A DNA stretch of 64,000 nt. Source: Dehalococcoidia bacterium (GTDB taxonomy: Bacteria > Chloroflexota > Dehalococcoidia > Bin125). The notes beneath the pieces are model-generated. The model searched no databases and was not told where the DNA came from. It saw only the letters and a list, made by a program, of their open reading frames with translations. How positions within the stretch are numbered: position 1 is the first letter of the stretch; the number at the start of each line of letters is the position of its first letter. The position numbers were made by a program, and so were the translations under genes. The stretch spans positions 267,778-331,777 of the forward strand of contig OZ244071.1 of NCBI GenBank assembly GCA_965215555.1, in the 5' to 3' direction. Below are positions 55,415-64,000 of this stretch, piece after piece.

Positions 55415-56238
55415 GACTCTTCTCCTTCTTCTTCGGTGATTGGCACCAGCAGCACATCGCCGGGGTGTATGAAACTCTTGCTATCAAGTTTGTTGAGGTT
55501 CATGATCGCTTCAACCGTCGAGTCATAGCGAATGGCGATGTCGTACAGCGTGTCGCCCTCTGCGACGATGTACTCGAAGGTGTTGGCCGCGTCGGGTGTG
55601 AGGTCCAACTGATCGACTTCTTCGTCGGCCGGCGACGCCACAGTGGGCGCGGCGACGACGATTGGCTTCACCGGTCCGGCTGATTGTTGGGATCCGGATG
55701 CCGCCTCGGCGGTGGTGTCTGACTGTTGAGTGGCTCTCACCGAGGTCACCGTCGTGGTCGTTTGTGTCTGTTGAAGCTGACTCGCTGTCGGCGGATCGAC
55801 GTTCGGTGTGACCGGCTCGCCATCGCCGCTGCGGTCGATGGCCGTCACGCTCTGGTCGAGCGGTGTTCCTGCCTGTTCGACCGTCGTCTCAGCAGAGCCA
55901 ATGGCGCCGCCAACGAACAACAGGATCGCCAATGCAGAGATCGGGGCCAGGACTCCGGCGAGCGGGACGCCGGACGATTGCTGTTGGGTCGACACGATTT
56001 GCGAACCCGCCAATCCATAGGCGCCGACGTTCGTGAACGGAGACGACGGAGTCTGCCTGTAGGGATCGCTGTCGGGTGGGAATCGTTGTTGCCACCACAG
56101 AACGGCGGCGATCAGTCCGAGCAGCAGGCCGACGCCGAGCTGCCACAGACCATGTCCGGGCCAGGTCAGGCTGAAAACGATGAGCAGCAGAAAGACAGCG
56201 GCGGCGGATGCAGCAGCCGGTTTGAGATTGAGTCGCAT
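55411..56238 (-). CDS. Membrane protein with C-terminal LysM domain
   Basis: Start ATG 56238 (MRLNLKPAAA...). TM helices. C-terminal 'YIVAEGDTLYDIAIRYDSTVEAIMNLN' LysM. Confidence 0.55.
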   Translation of the reverse strand: MRLNLKPAAASAAAVFLLLIVFSLTWPGHGLWQLGVGLLLGLIAAVLWWQQRFPPDSDPYRQTPSSPFTNVGAYGLAGSQIVSTQQQSSGVPLAGVLAPISALAILLFVGGAIGSAETTVEQAGTPLDQSVTAIDRSGDGEPVTPNVDPPTASQLQQTQTTTTVTSVRATQQSDTTAEAASGSQQSAGPVKPIVVAAPTVASPADEEVDQLDLTPDAANTFEYIVAEGDTLYDIAIRYDSTVEAIMNLNKLDSKSFIHPGDVLLVPITEEEGEES

Positions 56239-56403
56239 GACGGTCGTGGCCTCGCCGCCGAAGCACTGACGGATCCACTCTAGCGGACGAGTGCATCGTG
56301 CGAGCATGGGGCTGACTGCTCAGGTCGCGTACACTCGCGGGAAACAAGCAGGATCACGCGCTCTCCGATGTGCGGAGGGCCAGCGTGATGGGAGTGCTAC
56401 GCG

Positions 56404-57690
56404 ATGTCGCAAACGCAGTCAGAGACGCCGTCGCTGAATGAGTTAGCGAAGGCCGCCGGCCTGCACATGGAAGAAATGGACGGGCACCAACGCGAGGTCG
56501 GTACGCCCGACATTTTTCAACGCATCTCGCATTTCCAACTCGCCGACCAGGCCCGCGCTGCGGGTCTGTACCCGTTTTTCCAGCCGATCGAGGTCAACGA
56601 CGGACCCGAGGCGATTGTCGACGGCAAACGCGTCATCATGCTGGGGTCGAACAACTACCTAGGCCTGACCCGTCATCCGAAGGTCATTGAGGCAGCGCAC
56701 GAAGCGCTCGACCGCTATGGACCGTCGATGACGGGATCGCGCCTGTTGAACGGCACGAGTCCGGTTCATCTCGAGCTTGAAGAGTCGTTGGCTGATTTCC
56801 TCGGCGCTGAAACTGCGATTGTCTTCTCGACCGGATATCTGGCCAACCTGGGAGCGGTCTCGGCAATGGTTGATCGGCACGGCGTGTCTGTTCTTGATCG
56901 GGATGTACACGCCTCGATCTACGACGCGGCCGGTCTAGCGCTGGGCAAGTACACCCGATTTCAACATAACGACCCTGCCCATCTCGACCGTGTGCTCTCC
57001 AACCTGCCAGCCGATCAGGCTCGACTGGTGCTGATTGACGGTGCGTACTCGATGGGCGGCGACCTTGCCCCGTTGCCGGAACTGCGAGAAGTCTGTCGCA
57101 AACACCAGACACGCATGTTGGTGGACGACGCTCACGCGATCGGCACGGTCGGTCCGACCGGGCGCGGCACACGATCGCACTTCGGTCTGGAAGAGCCGGA
57201 CGATCTGACCATCGGCACGTTCAGCAAGACCCTGGCCTCAGTCGGCGGCTTCTGTGCGGGGCCGCGAAATGTGCTTGAGTACATCCGCCACTTTGCACGG
57301 CCGATGCTGTTCACGGCCGCGCTGCCTCCAGCCTCCGCCGCGGCGGCGCTGGCGGCGTTGCGGTTGATCGATGAAGAAACCTGGCGTGTGCAGCGGGTCC
57401 AGGAGATTGGTGAGCGCATGCGCCAGGGACTCTCTGACCTGGGCTTTGACGTCGCCAATTCGGCAACGCCGATCATTCCGATCCGGGTTGGAGACGAAGT
57501 GCGGACGGCTGCCTTCTGGCGCGACCTGCTCGACAATGGCGTCTACACCAATGCGGTGATTGCCCCTGCGGTTCCTCGTGGCCAGGCGATTCTGCGCACG
57601 TCCTACATCGCGACCCATACCGACGAACAACTGGAGCGGGCGTTGCAGATCTTTGCCGAAGCCGGGCGTCGACACAGCGTGATCGGCTAA
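56404..57690 (+). CDS. Alpha-oxoamine synthase family PLP enzyme (BioF/Kbl/serine palmitoyltransferase-like)
   Basis: 'GSNNYLGL' and the PLP-lysine region 'GTFSKTLASVGGF'. Confidence 0.75.
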   Translation: MSQTQSETPSLNELAKAAGLHMEEMDGHQREVGTPDIFQRISHFQLADQARAAGLYPFFQPIEVNDGPEAIVDGKRVIMLGSNNYLGLTRHPKVIEAAHEALDRYGPSMTGSRLLNGTSPVHLELEESLADFLGAETAIVFSTGYLANLGAVSAMVDRHGVSVLDRDVHASIYDAAGLALGKYTRFQHNDPAHLDRVLSNLPADQARLVLIDGAYSMGGDLAPLPELREVCRKHQTRMLVDDAHAIGTVGPTGRGTRSHFGLEEPDDLTIGTFSKTLASVGGFCAGPRNVLEYIRHFARPMLFTAALPPASAAAALAALRLIDEETWRVQRVQEIGERMRQGLSDLGFDVANSATPIIPIRVGDEVRTAAFWRDLLDNGVYTNAVIAPAVPRGQAILRTSYIATHTDEQLERALQIFAEAGRRHSVIG

Positions 57691-57696
57691 CTGATC

Positions 57697-58674
57697 GTGC
57701 GGGTGCTGTTGACCGGCGGCAGCGGTTTCATTGGCGGGCATATCGCCCGGGCGTTGGCAGATGCGGGTCACGATCTTCGCCTGTTGCTGAGACCCACCAG
57801 CGATTCCGGGCTCGTCAGTGATGTTGACTTTGAGCGGGTCGTGGGAGATCTCCGCCAGCCCGACACACTTGCTACCGCCTGCGAAGGCATCGAGGCAGTC
57901 GTTCATGCTGCGGCCGTGCTGCGAGCGGTGCGTCAGGGCGATTTCATGCGCGCCAATCGGGAGGGCACAGGGAATCTGGCGTCAGCGGCAGCGAGCGCCG
58001 GCGTAGAACGATTCCTGTACATCTCCTCGATTGCTGCCCAGGGCCCGGCGCCGAGTGCCACTCCGGAGCCGCCGGAAACGAAACTACACCCGGTGTCGGC
58101 TTACGGTCGATCCAAGGCCGCCGGCGAAGACGAGTTGCTCAAGCATCTGGGTCGTATGCAGATTGCGATCGTGCGTCCGCCGATGGTCTATGGCCCGGGC
58201 GACACCGGCCTGCAGATGTTCTTCTGGCTCGCGCGACGACGTGTCTCGGCTCGATTGGGCGATGGCAAGAACCTTGTCGACGCGATCTATGGTCCGGACC
58301 TGGCACAGGCGATACGAGCGATCCTGGATGCTCCGCCACAAGAACTCTCCAAGTACCACACATCCAACGACGACGGTCCGTTTACCTGGAACGACCTGCT
58401 CTCCAACCTTGAGATCGTCTCGGGCAACAAACTGTGGATTCCAACGCTGGCGCCCAGCGTGTTTCATGGCTTCGCCCGATGCTCGGAAGCCTGGGCGATG
58501 TTGACGCGGTCGGAGCCGACGCTGGATCGGACGCGGGTGGTCGAGATGCGGCAGCCGGCGTGGATCTGTGACCCGTCGTCGCTGACTCGGGACACGGGTT
58601 GGCATGCCAGCACCACGCTGTTGGAGGGGATGCGGCAGACCATGGCCTGGTACCAGGAACACGGTTGGGCCTGA
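57697..58674 (+). CDS. NAD-dependent epimerase/dehydratase family (extended SDR)
   Basis: 'VLLTGGSGFIGGH' and 'YGRSK'. Confidence 0.7.
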   Translation: MRVLLTGGSGFIGGHIARALADAGHDLRLLLRPTSDSGLVSDVDFERVVGDLRQPDTLATACEGIEAVVHAAAVLRAVRQGDFMRANREGTGNLASAAASAGVERFLYISSIAAQGPAPSATPEPPETKLHPVSAYGRSKAAGEDELLKHLGRMQIAIVRPPMVYGPGDTGLQMFFWLARRRVSARLGDGKNLVDAIYGPDLAQAIRAILDAPPQELSKYHTSNDDGPFTWNDLLSNLEIVSGNKLWIPTLAPSVFHGFARCSEAWAMLTRSEPTLDRTRVVEMRQPAWICDPSSLTRDTGWHASTTLLEGMRQTMAWYQEHGWA

Positions 58675-58681
58675 GCACTGG

Positions 58682-59266
58682 ATGTTGATGTCGAGGTTGT
58701 GGTCATTCGATCTGGACGGCGTGTTGGCGGAGCCGCCGTTCGGATGGAATCCGGCGATCAATCAGGACGTGAATCTCGCACCCGCGTTGGACCCGGTGCT
58801 GCCGGAGGCGAGCCCCAATCCCGCCCTCGATGTTCTCCTCGGCCTCACTTGGTATCGATTCCGCTACGTCCTGCGACCGCCTCGCCCGAATTCACTTGAG
58901 GCCGTGCGACTTGCTGCCGGAAACGGCAACGTGATTGTCCTCACCGGCCGTCATGAGCGTGGTCGGCGGCAAACGTGGGCGTGGCTGGAGTCTCATGGAT
59001 TCTCGGATTTCATTGACGAGTTGGTCATGAACAGCTCCAACCTCAAGTCGGCTCGCTACAAGGAGGCATTTCTCCGGGATCGCGATGTCGCCCTGCACGT
59101 CGATGACGACGCGGCGACGGCTGCGCTGTTGGCTCGCAACGAGATCACATCCGCTCTGGTGACATGGCCGCGCAATCGCGACCTGGCCTATCCGCCGGGC
59201 GTTGAGCGTTGTGCAGACATGCATGAAGTCTGCAAACTGATCGGTGAGCTGGTGTCCAATGACTGA
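58682..59266 (+). CDS. HAD-like hydrolase
   Basis: ATG 58682 (MLMSRLWSFDLDGVL...). 'DxDGVL' motif I and 'HVDDD' motif IV-like. Confidence 0.45.
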   Translation: MLMSRLWSFDLDGVLAEPPFGWNPAINQDVNLAPALDPVLPEASPNPALDVLLGLTWYRFRYVLRPPRPNSLEAVRLAAGNGNVIVLTGRHERGRRQTWAWLESHGFSDFIDELVMNSSNLKSARYKEAFLRDRDVALHVDDDAATAALLARNEITSALVTWPRNRDLAYPPGVERCADMHEVCKLIGELVSND

Positions 59267-59615
59267 ACCGCTCGAGATATCGGCGCCTGCCGAGCGTGCG
59301 TGGAGCCTGTTGGCCTCAGAGGCGCATGCCGGCGTCGAGGCAGGACAAGCCGTGGTGCTCTCTGAAGTGCGCGGGCGCGAACTGCTGCTTGAAGTGCAGA
59401 TGGGCATCGGATTTCGGGTGCAGCATGCGTACCAGATTGAGCGACGCGGCGAGCGGTGTGCGATCAGCGACCAGATACGGCCGATCGGTTGGCGCTGGCG
59501 CCTGAGCAATGTGTTCCTCTTTGGACGGGGCAGACGCCCGCTCGAATCCGCTTCGGCTCAAGGACTACTGAACCTCAAGGCAGTTGCCGAAGGACAGGGC
59601 GACCCAGCGACGTAG
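59259..59615 (+). CDS. SRPBCC (polyketide cyclase/dehydrase-like) small protein
   Basis: MTEPLEISAPAERAWSLL... is typical of SRPBCC N-termini. Start overlaps the previous stop. Confidence 0.45.
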   Translation: MTEPLEISAPAERAWSLLASEAHAGVEAGQAVVLSEVRGRELLLEVQMGIGFRVQHAYQIERRGERCAISDQIRPIGWRWRLSNVFLFGRGRRPLESASAQGLLNLKAVAEGQGDPAT

Positions 59616-59754
59616 CGGGATGCACTGGTCGTATCGGGCACCGGCTGCGCATCGACTCACTATTTGTCGAAACTGTGGATAATGTTGTCAACCAGTTATG
59701 TGTACAATGTTGATAGCGGCTGGGGTCATCCTTGATTGAAACAAGGCACATCAG

Positions 59755-61149
59755 GTGTTTTCTCAAGATGGCTTGCGGACCTATCGCCTCCTCAGGTTGA
59801 TGCTCGTCACTTCCGTCGTGCTGGTGGCATTTGTCGCTGGTGCCGCACTGAACATTGTCGACGCCGAGGATCCTGAACTCTCAGGAGATCTCCCGGGTGC
59901 GGAGTCGACTGCCATCACCTCGGCAGCCACCTTCACGAAGAACCTGAGCGGTCGGGTCTACGTTTGGGATCAGGGACGGCTGCGACCCGCATCGCAGGCC
60001 CGTGTCTCGACAGGGAGTGCCGTTGTTCGAACGGATAGCAGCGGGCGATTTGAATTCGCAGCGGACCAACGCAGCGGTTCCATTGCGATCGTCCAGCCCG
60101 GATACGACACGGTCAGGCGTCCGATCTACTACGACGAGACGGTCGTCGTGTTGCGCAATCTCGTGGTTCGCGCCGTCTACATTCCTTTTGCCCAGGTGTT
60201 GAATGAGTCCGTCCAGGAATACGTTCATGAGCTGGTTGACGCTGATCTAATCAACGCCGTGGTGATTGATCTGAAGGATGAGTCGGGGCAGGTGTTCTCG
60301 CTGGCTGCCACGCCGACCGTCCGCCAGATCGGCGCCGCCTACAGCAGCGCAGCGGTGACACCGTTCCTGGAGTCGCTGGAGAACAAGGGCGTGTATCGGA
60401 TCGGTCGTGTCGTGACGTTCCTTGATCGCTGGTACGCGCGATGGTTCCCGGGCAACGCCCTGCACGACATCAACGGCGGATTGTTCATTGATGACATGGG
60501 CAGTGCGTGGTCGTCGGCGTACTCGCCGGAAGCGCGCAAGTACAACGTCGAAATCGGCGTGGCTGCTGCTGGCTACTTCGAGGAGATTCAATACGACTAC
60601 GTCCGTCTGCCTTATGAGCGCAATCTGCTGGAACGCGGACAATACTCCGAGGCAGGTCGCGTGGCGGCAATCAACAGCTTCGCCCGCGAGGCGAGCGAGG
60701 CGCTGCACCTGGCTGGACTGGCGGTTTCGTTCGACACCTTTGGCGTCGTCTCGACGGCCGGCAACGATCAGGGCATTGGCCAGTCGGTTGAAGGCGTGGC
60801 GCCCTATCTCGACTACGTCTCGCCAATGGTCTACCCGAGCGGCTGGTCGCCTGGTTCCTTTGGCTTCGCGTATCCGCCTGAGCATCCTGGACCAGTCGTG
60901 CGGATGAACGTCGAAGCGACCGTTGATCGCATCGGTGACCATGGATCAGCGCTGGTTCGACCGTGGCTCCAGGACTTCCATGACTACCAGGCACGCGGGC
61001 TTGGTTACTACTCCGAGGAAGTGCATGCCCAGATTGAGGCGACGGCTACAGCGGGCGGGATCGGCTTCATGCTCTGGGACCCGTCGCTGCAGTACGAGCG
61101 TGGGGCGCTCGAACTGGCGCTGAGCCTGATCTGGTCAACGTTCGGCTAG
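59755..61149 (+). CDS. Membrane-anchored putative glycoside hydrolase (DUF4015/GH-like TIM-barrel)
   Basis: N-terminal TM helix. 'VIDLKDESGQV' and 'YDYVRLPYE' resemble the putative-glycoside-hydrolase (GHL) family. Confidence 0.55.
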   Translation: MFSQDGLRTYRLLRLMLVTSVVLVAFVAGAALNIVDAEDPELSGDLPGAESTAITSAATFTKNLSGRVYVWDQGRLRPASQARVSTGSAVVRTDSSGRFEFAADQRSGSIAIVQPGYDTVRRPIYYDETVVVLRNLVVRAVYIPFAQVLNESVQEYVHELVDADLINAVVIDLKDESGQVFSLAATPTVRQIGAAYSSAAVTPFLESLENKGVYRIGRVVTFLDRWYARWFPGNALHDINGGLFIDDMGSAWSSAYSPEARKYNVEIGVAAAGYFEEIQYDYVRLPYERNLLERGQYSEAGRVAAINSFAREASEALHLAGLAVSFDTFGVVSTAGNDQGIGQSVEGVAPYLDYVSPMVYPSGWSPGSFGFAYPPEHPGPVVRMNVEATVDRIGDHGSALVRPWLQDFHDYQARGLGYYSEEVHAQIEATATAGGIGFMLWDPSLQYERGALELALSLIWSTFG

Positions 61150-61237
61150 CAACGAACGGTCGGCCGAAGCAGCCGGAATGCGGTGCAATCCGAGAGAATG
61201 CATTGCGCACGGATCGACTCAGCTCTCGGGACAAGCC

Positions 61238-62020
61238 CTAGATTCCGTTGCCCCATCCTGCGTCTGTGAGGAGTCGGCTGACTTGGCCGTTGAATTCCTC
61301 AGCCCGCTCGAAATAGACGCTGTGTCCCGTGGCGGGAATCTCGTAGTACTGCGACCCCGGCACGTGGTCGTGCGCGGCGCGCATTGCGGCTGGTGTGATC
61401 AGCGGATCATTGCCTCCGACGACCCAGAGGATTGGCATTGGCAAGTTGGCGACGGCATTGGGGTCGGGCGCCAAATCACTGAGCGCGCCCATCAGTGCGG
61501 GATCTCGCGGCGGATTCAGGGCCATGATTTCTTCATACAGGAACGCGAGCTCTGGATCTCGTTGTTTCAGGCTCTGGTCGTAGGCGAGGGTCGCGAGACC
61601 CTCCTCGCGCAGCCTGGCGCGTGTGGCCTCCCAGGGTCCCCGAATGGCATCTGTCATGAGTCCACCGATGGTGTCGGCCATGACCAACGCCGCGACTCGC
61701 TCCGGGGCTTGCAATGCTGCGCCGAGGCAGCTCCAGCCGCCCATGGATTGTGCCACGAGCGCCGCCTGGTCGATGCTCAGTTCGTCCATTAGCGCAATGA
61801 GATCATCGACGAACGCAGCCGGCCCGGGTCCCCCTGTGGGGATGCTGCGTCCCCAACCTCGGTGGTCGAAGGCAACGCATCGGTAGCTCTTGGCAAACCA
61901 TGGCACCTGTTGCCACCATGAGAGGTGATTCCCGCCCGCACCGTGGGCGAAGATGATCGCCGGGCCGCTGCCTGACTCTTCGTAGTAGATGTCGCAATTG
62001 GGTCGCTCGAGTACTGGCAT
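61238..62020 (-). CDS. Alpha/beta hydrolase
   Basis: 'IIFAHGAGGNHLSW' and 'AQSMGG' nucleophile elbow. Confidence 0.75.
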   Translation of the reverse strand: MPVLERPNCDIYYEESGSGPAIIFAHGAGGNHLSWWQQVPWFAKSYRCVAFDHRGWGRSIPTGGPGPAAFVDDLIALMDELSIDQAALVAQSMGGWSCLGAALQAPERVAALVMADTIGGLMTDAIRGPWEATRARLREEGLATLAYDQSLKQRDPELAFLYEEIMALNPPRDPALMGALSDLAPDPNAVANLPMPILWVVGGNDPLITPAAMRAAHDHVPGSQYYEIPATGHSVYFERAEEFNGQVSRLLTDAGWGNGI

Positions 62021-62099
62021 CGAACCCTCCGAATCAACAACGCGTACGCTTCTGATGCATAGGCGAGGCTACCAGTTGCCGCCGCGGGGGAGTGAGCGG

Positions 62100-63044
62100 A
62101 TGTCAACGCCGCGCATCGTACTGACAGGCGCCGACCAGCCTGTTGGTCTGGCGATCCTCAACGAACTCCAACGGCACCAGGTAGAGATCCGACTCGTGGA
62201 GTTGGAATCTACAGATGATCTCGACTCCCAGATCCGCGGCGCCACCCATGTGGTACATGCGGCGGCATTGGTTGAACTCGGTCTTCCGGCTGCCGAGTAC
62301 ACGGCGGCAAATGTACACACGACCACGGCCTTGCTGGATGCTTGCCGACGCGAGGAACTTGAGCAGGTGATCGTGGTCTCGACAACGGAGACCTATGGCC
62401 GACGCCTACCGCCCTGGCCGGTGACGGAGAGCTGGGTGCCGAGACCGCTGGGGCCAGTGCTGCAGAGTCGGGTGGCGGCGGAGCGAGTGGCCAGAACCTA
62501 TCGGCGGCGCGTTCCGCTCTCGATCCTTCGTCCTGCGCCCGTGATCGCCGATGGCGACGGGACGGTCATGAGAGTGATCCGTCACTTCATCAGTCGCCCC
62601 AAGGCCGCGCTCGTTGCTAGAGGTGAAGCGCCGCTGTCGATCCTTGCCGGCGCCGACCTGGGCCGAGCGGCGTGGGCGATGGTGAGCCAGCCGGAGGAGT
62701 CGGTTGACCAGGTGTTTCACGTGGCGTCGGCACACACGACCTGGCGAGAGCTTGCGGTCGAGGCCTGTCAACTGCGGGGAGTCGAGGAGCGCTTCTGGAA
62801 TGCGCCGTATCCTCTGGCGCGGGCGCTGGACGCGGTCAGGCTATCTGGTTGGGTATTGCCCGAACCTGAGGGCGTAGACGCATACATCTCGCTCACAGGT
62901 CGGCCGCATTTGATTGACGATTCGAGGGCGAGGGTCACCTTGGGCTATACGCCGGTGCTCGGCGTACGGGCAGCATTAGCCCAGGCTCTGGACGTCTACG
63001 GACGAGGGCCTGAGGTCAACTCTGCCAACGCCGAGAAGTCCTAG
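62100..63044 (+). CDS. NAD-dependent epimerase/dehydratase family protein
   Basis: ATG 62100 with a GGGGGAG Shine-Dalgarno. 'IVLTGADQPVG'. Confidence 0.65.
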   Translation: MSTPRIVLTGADQPVGLAILNELQRHQVEIRLVELESTDDLDSQIRGATHVVHAAALVELGLPAAEYTAANVHTTTALLDACRREELEQVIVVSTTETYGRRLPPWPVTESWVPRPLGPVLQSRVAAERVARTYRRRVPLSILRPAPVIADGDGTVMRVIRHFISRPKAALVARGEAPLSILAGADLGRAAWAMVSQPEESVDQVFHVASAHTTWRELAVEACQLRGVEERFWNAPYPLARALDAVRLSGWVLPEPEGVDAYISLTGRPHLIDDSRARVTLGYTPVLGVRAALAQALDVYGRGPEVNSANAEKS

Positions 63045-64000
63045 CCGGCTGCCTGGACAGCGTCCGCGACCTTCTGAGCCAGTCCTTCTTCGAAGATGCT
63101 CGGCACGATTCGGTCGGGGCTGGGATCGGTGACGAAGTCGGCGATCGCCTGGGCCGCCGCGATCTTGTGTGCATCCTCGATCTTGGGGATGCCGCCATCG
63201 AGCAGGCCGCGGAACATGCCGGGGAAGCCGAGTGCATTGTTGATCTGGTTGGGGAAGTCGGAACGACCAGTCGCGATGATGGCGGCGCCGGCTTCGGCGG
63301 CCTCGTCGGGCATGATCTCCGGCGTCGGATTCGCCATCGCGAAGACCATCGAGTCATCGTTCATCGAGGCGACATCAGAGACCGTGACGAGTCCCGGTCC
63401 GGCGAGACCGAGGAAGAGGTCGGCGCCTTCCATGACTTGCGACGTCTGAGGAATGCTGCCGTCGGCGTTGTTGTGGTGAACGCACCACTCGGCGGCTTCA
63501 CGCTTCCAGGGGTTCAGGTCTTCGCGATCGACCGTGAGCAGTCCCTTGGAGTCGATCAGGGAGATGTCCTCGCAGCCCATCTCTCGGAGGATGGCCGAGC
63601 AGGCGATGCCACTGGCGCCGGCTCCCAGGACGACCGTGCGGATGTCCTTGAAGTCGCGGTTGGTCAGTCGCAGCGCGTTGATCACGCCGGCGAGGGCCAC
63701 GACGGCGGTACCGTGCTGGTCGTCGTGCATGACCGGAATATCGAGCGACTCGTGTAGCTGGCGCTCGATTTCGAAGCAGCGCGGCGCGGAGATGTCCTCG
63801 AGGTTGATGCCGCCCAGCGACGGCGCGATTGCCTCAATCGCGGAGACGATGTCTTCGACCGAGCGAACCGAAAGCGCAATGGGAATTGCGTCAACGCCCG
63901 CGAACGAGCGGAAGAGCACGCACTTGCCTTCCATCACCGGCAATGCGGCCTGGGGGCCAATGTCACCGAGACCGAGGACGGCGGAACCGTCTGTGATCAC
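63041..64000 (-). CDS. NAD(P)-dependent malic enzyme (C-terminal 319 aa; N-terminus beyond window)
   Basis: '[11 protein letters not shown]' NAD-binding region. The malic enzyme family fold continues past position 64000. Confidence 0.8.
   Translation of the reverse strand: MITDGSAVLGLGDIGPQAALPVMEGKCVLFRSFAGVDAIPIALSVRSVEDIVSAIEAIAPSLGGINLEDISAPRCFEIERQLHESLDIPVMHDDQHGTAVVALAGVINALRLTNRDFKDIRTVVLGAGASGIACSAILREMGCEDISLIDSKGLLTVDREDLNPWKREAAEWCVHHNNADGSIPQTSQVMEGADLFLGLAGPGLVTVSDVASMNDDSMVFAMANPTPEIMPDEAAEAGAAIIATGRSDFPNQINNALGFPGMFRGLLDGGIPKIEDAHKIAAAQAIADFVTDPSPDRIVPSIFEEGLAQKVADAVQAAG

Noticed and set aside
59640-59754. AT-richer stretch with TTGTCA / TACAAT / GATAAT hexamers upstream of the GH-like gene
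   Set aside because: The hexamer spacings (8-12 nt) do not fit a sigma-70-type -35/-10 arrangement. It is probably a promoter region, but I could not define a specific element.

Overview
This is a high-GC (roughly 63-65%) bacterial chromosomal segment with about 60 protein-coding genes. I saw no rRNA, tRNA, CRISPR array or transposase. The content looks actinobacterium-like: F420 biosynthesis genes cofD/cofC, a B12-dependent class II ribonucleotide reductase with a C-terminal zinc ribbon, a pyruvate dehydrogenase aceE-E2-lpd operon beside lipB-lipA, folP, and a propionate/valine catabolic cluster (AMP-forming acyl-CoA synthetase, carboxyltransferase beta subunit, two 3-hydroxyisobutyrate dehydrogenases). 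Three things stand out.

- **Selenoprotein locus.** A minus-strand gene at 42753..43283 contains a single in-frame TGA followed immediately by Gly-Ser-Cys (a U-G-S-C type motif), with a stem-loop-forming sequence just downstream. It sits among three tandem paralogs of an unidentified ~370-aa family, one of which is fused to a thioredoxin-like CxxC domain.
- **Intergenic repeat family.** A structured 130-235 bp repeat occurs four times, always between convergent genes and in both orientations, with a variable number of internal ~24-bp sub-repeats.
- **Tandem paralogs.** Paralogous gene pairs or triplets sit side by side (or, for the 2TM pair, 17 kb apart) throughout the window: voltage-gated channel homologues (one with a non-canonical filter), HIBADH, CaiB CoA-transferases, epoxide-hydrolase-like hydrolases, DUF3105-like proteins, three zinc-ribbon RDD proteins, and two 2TM proteins.

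All family assignments come from reading motifs in the translations; nothing was searched against a database.
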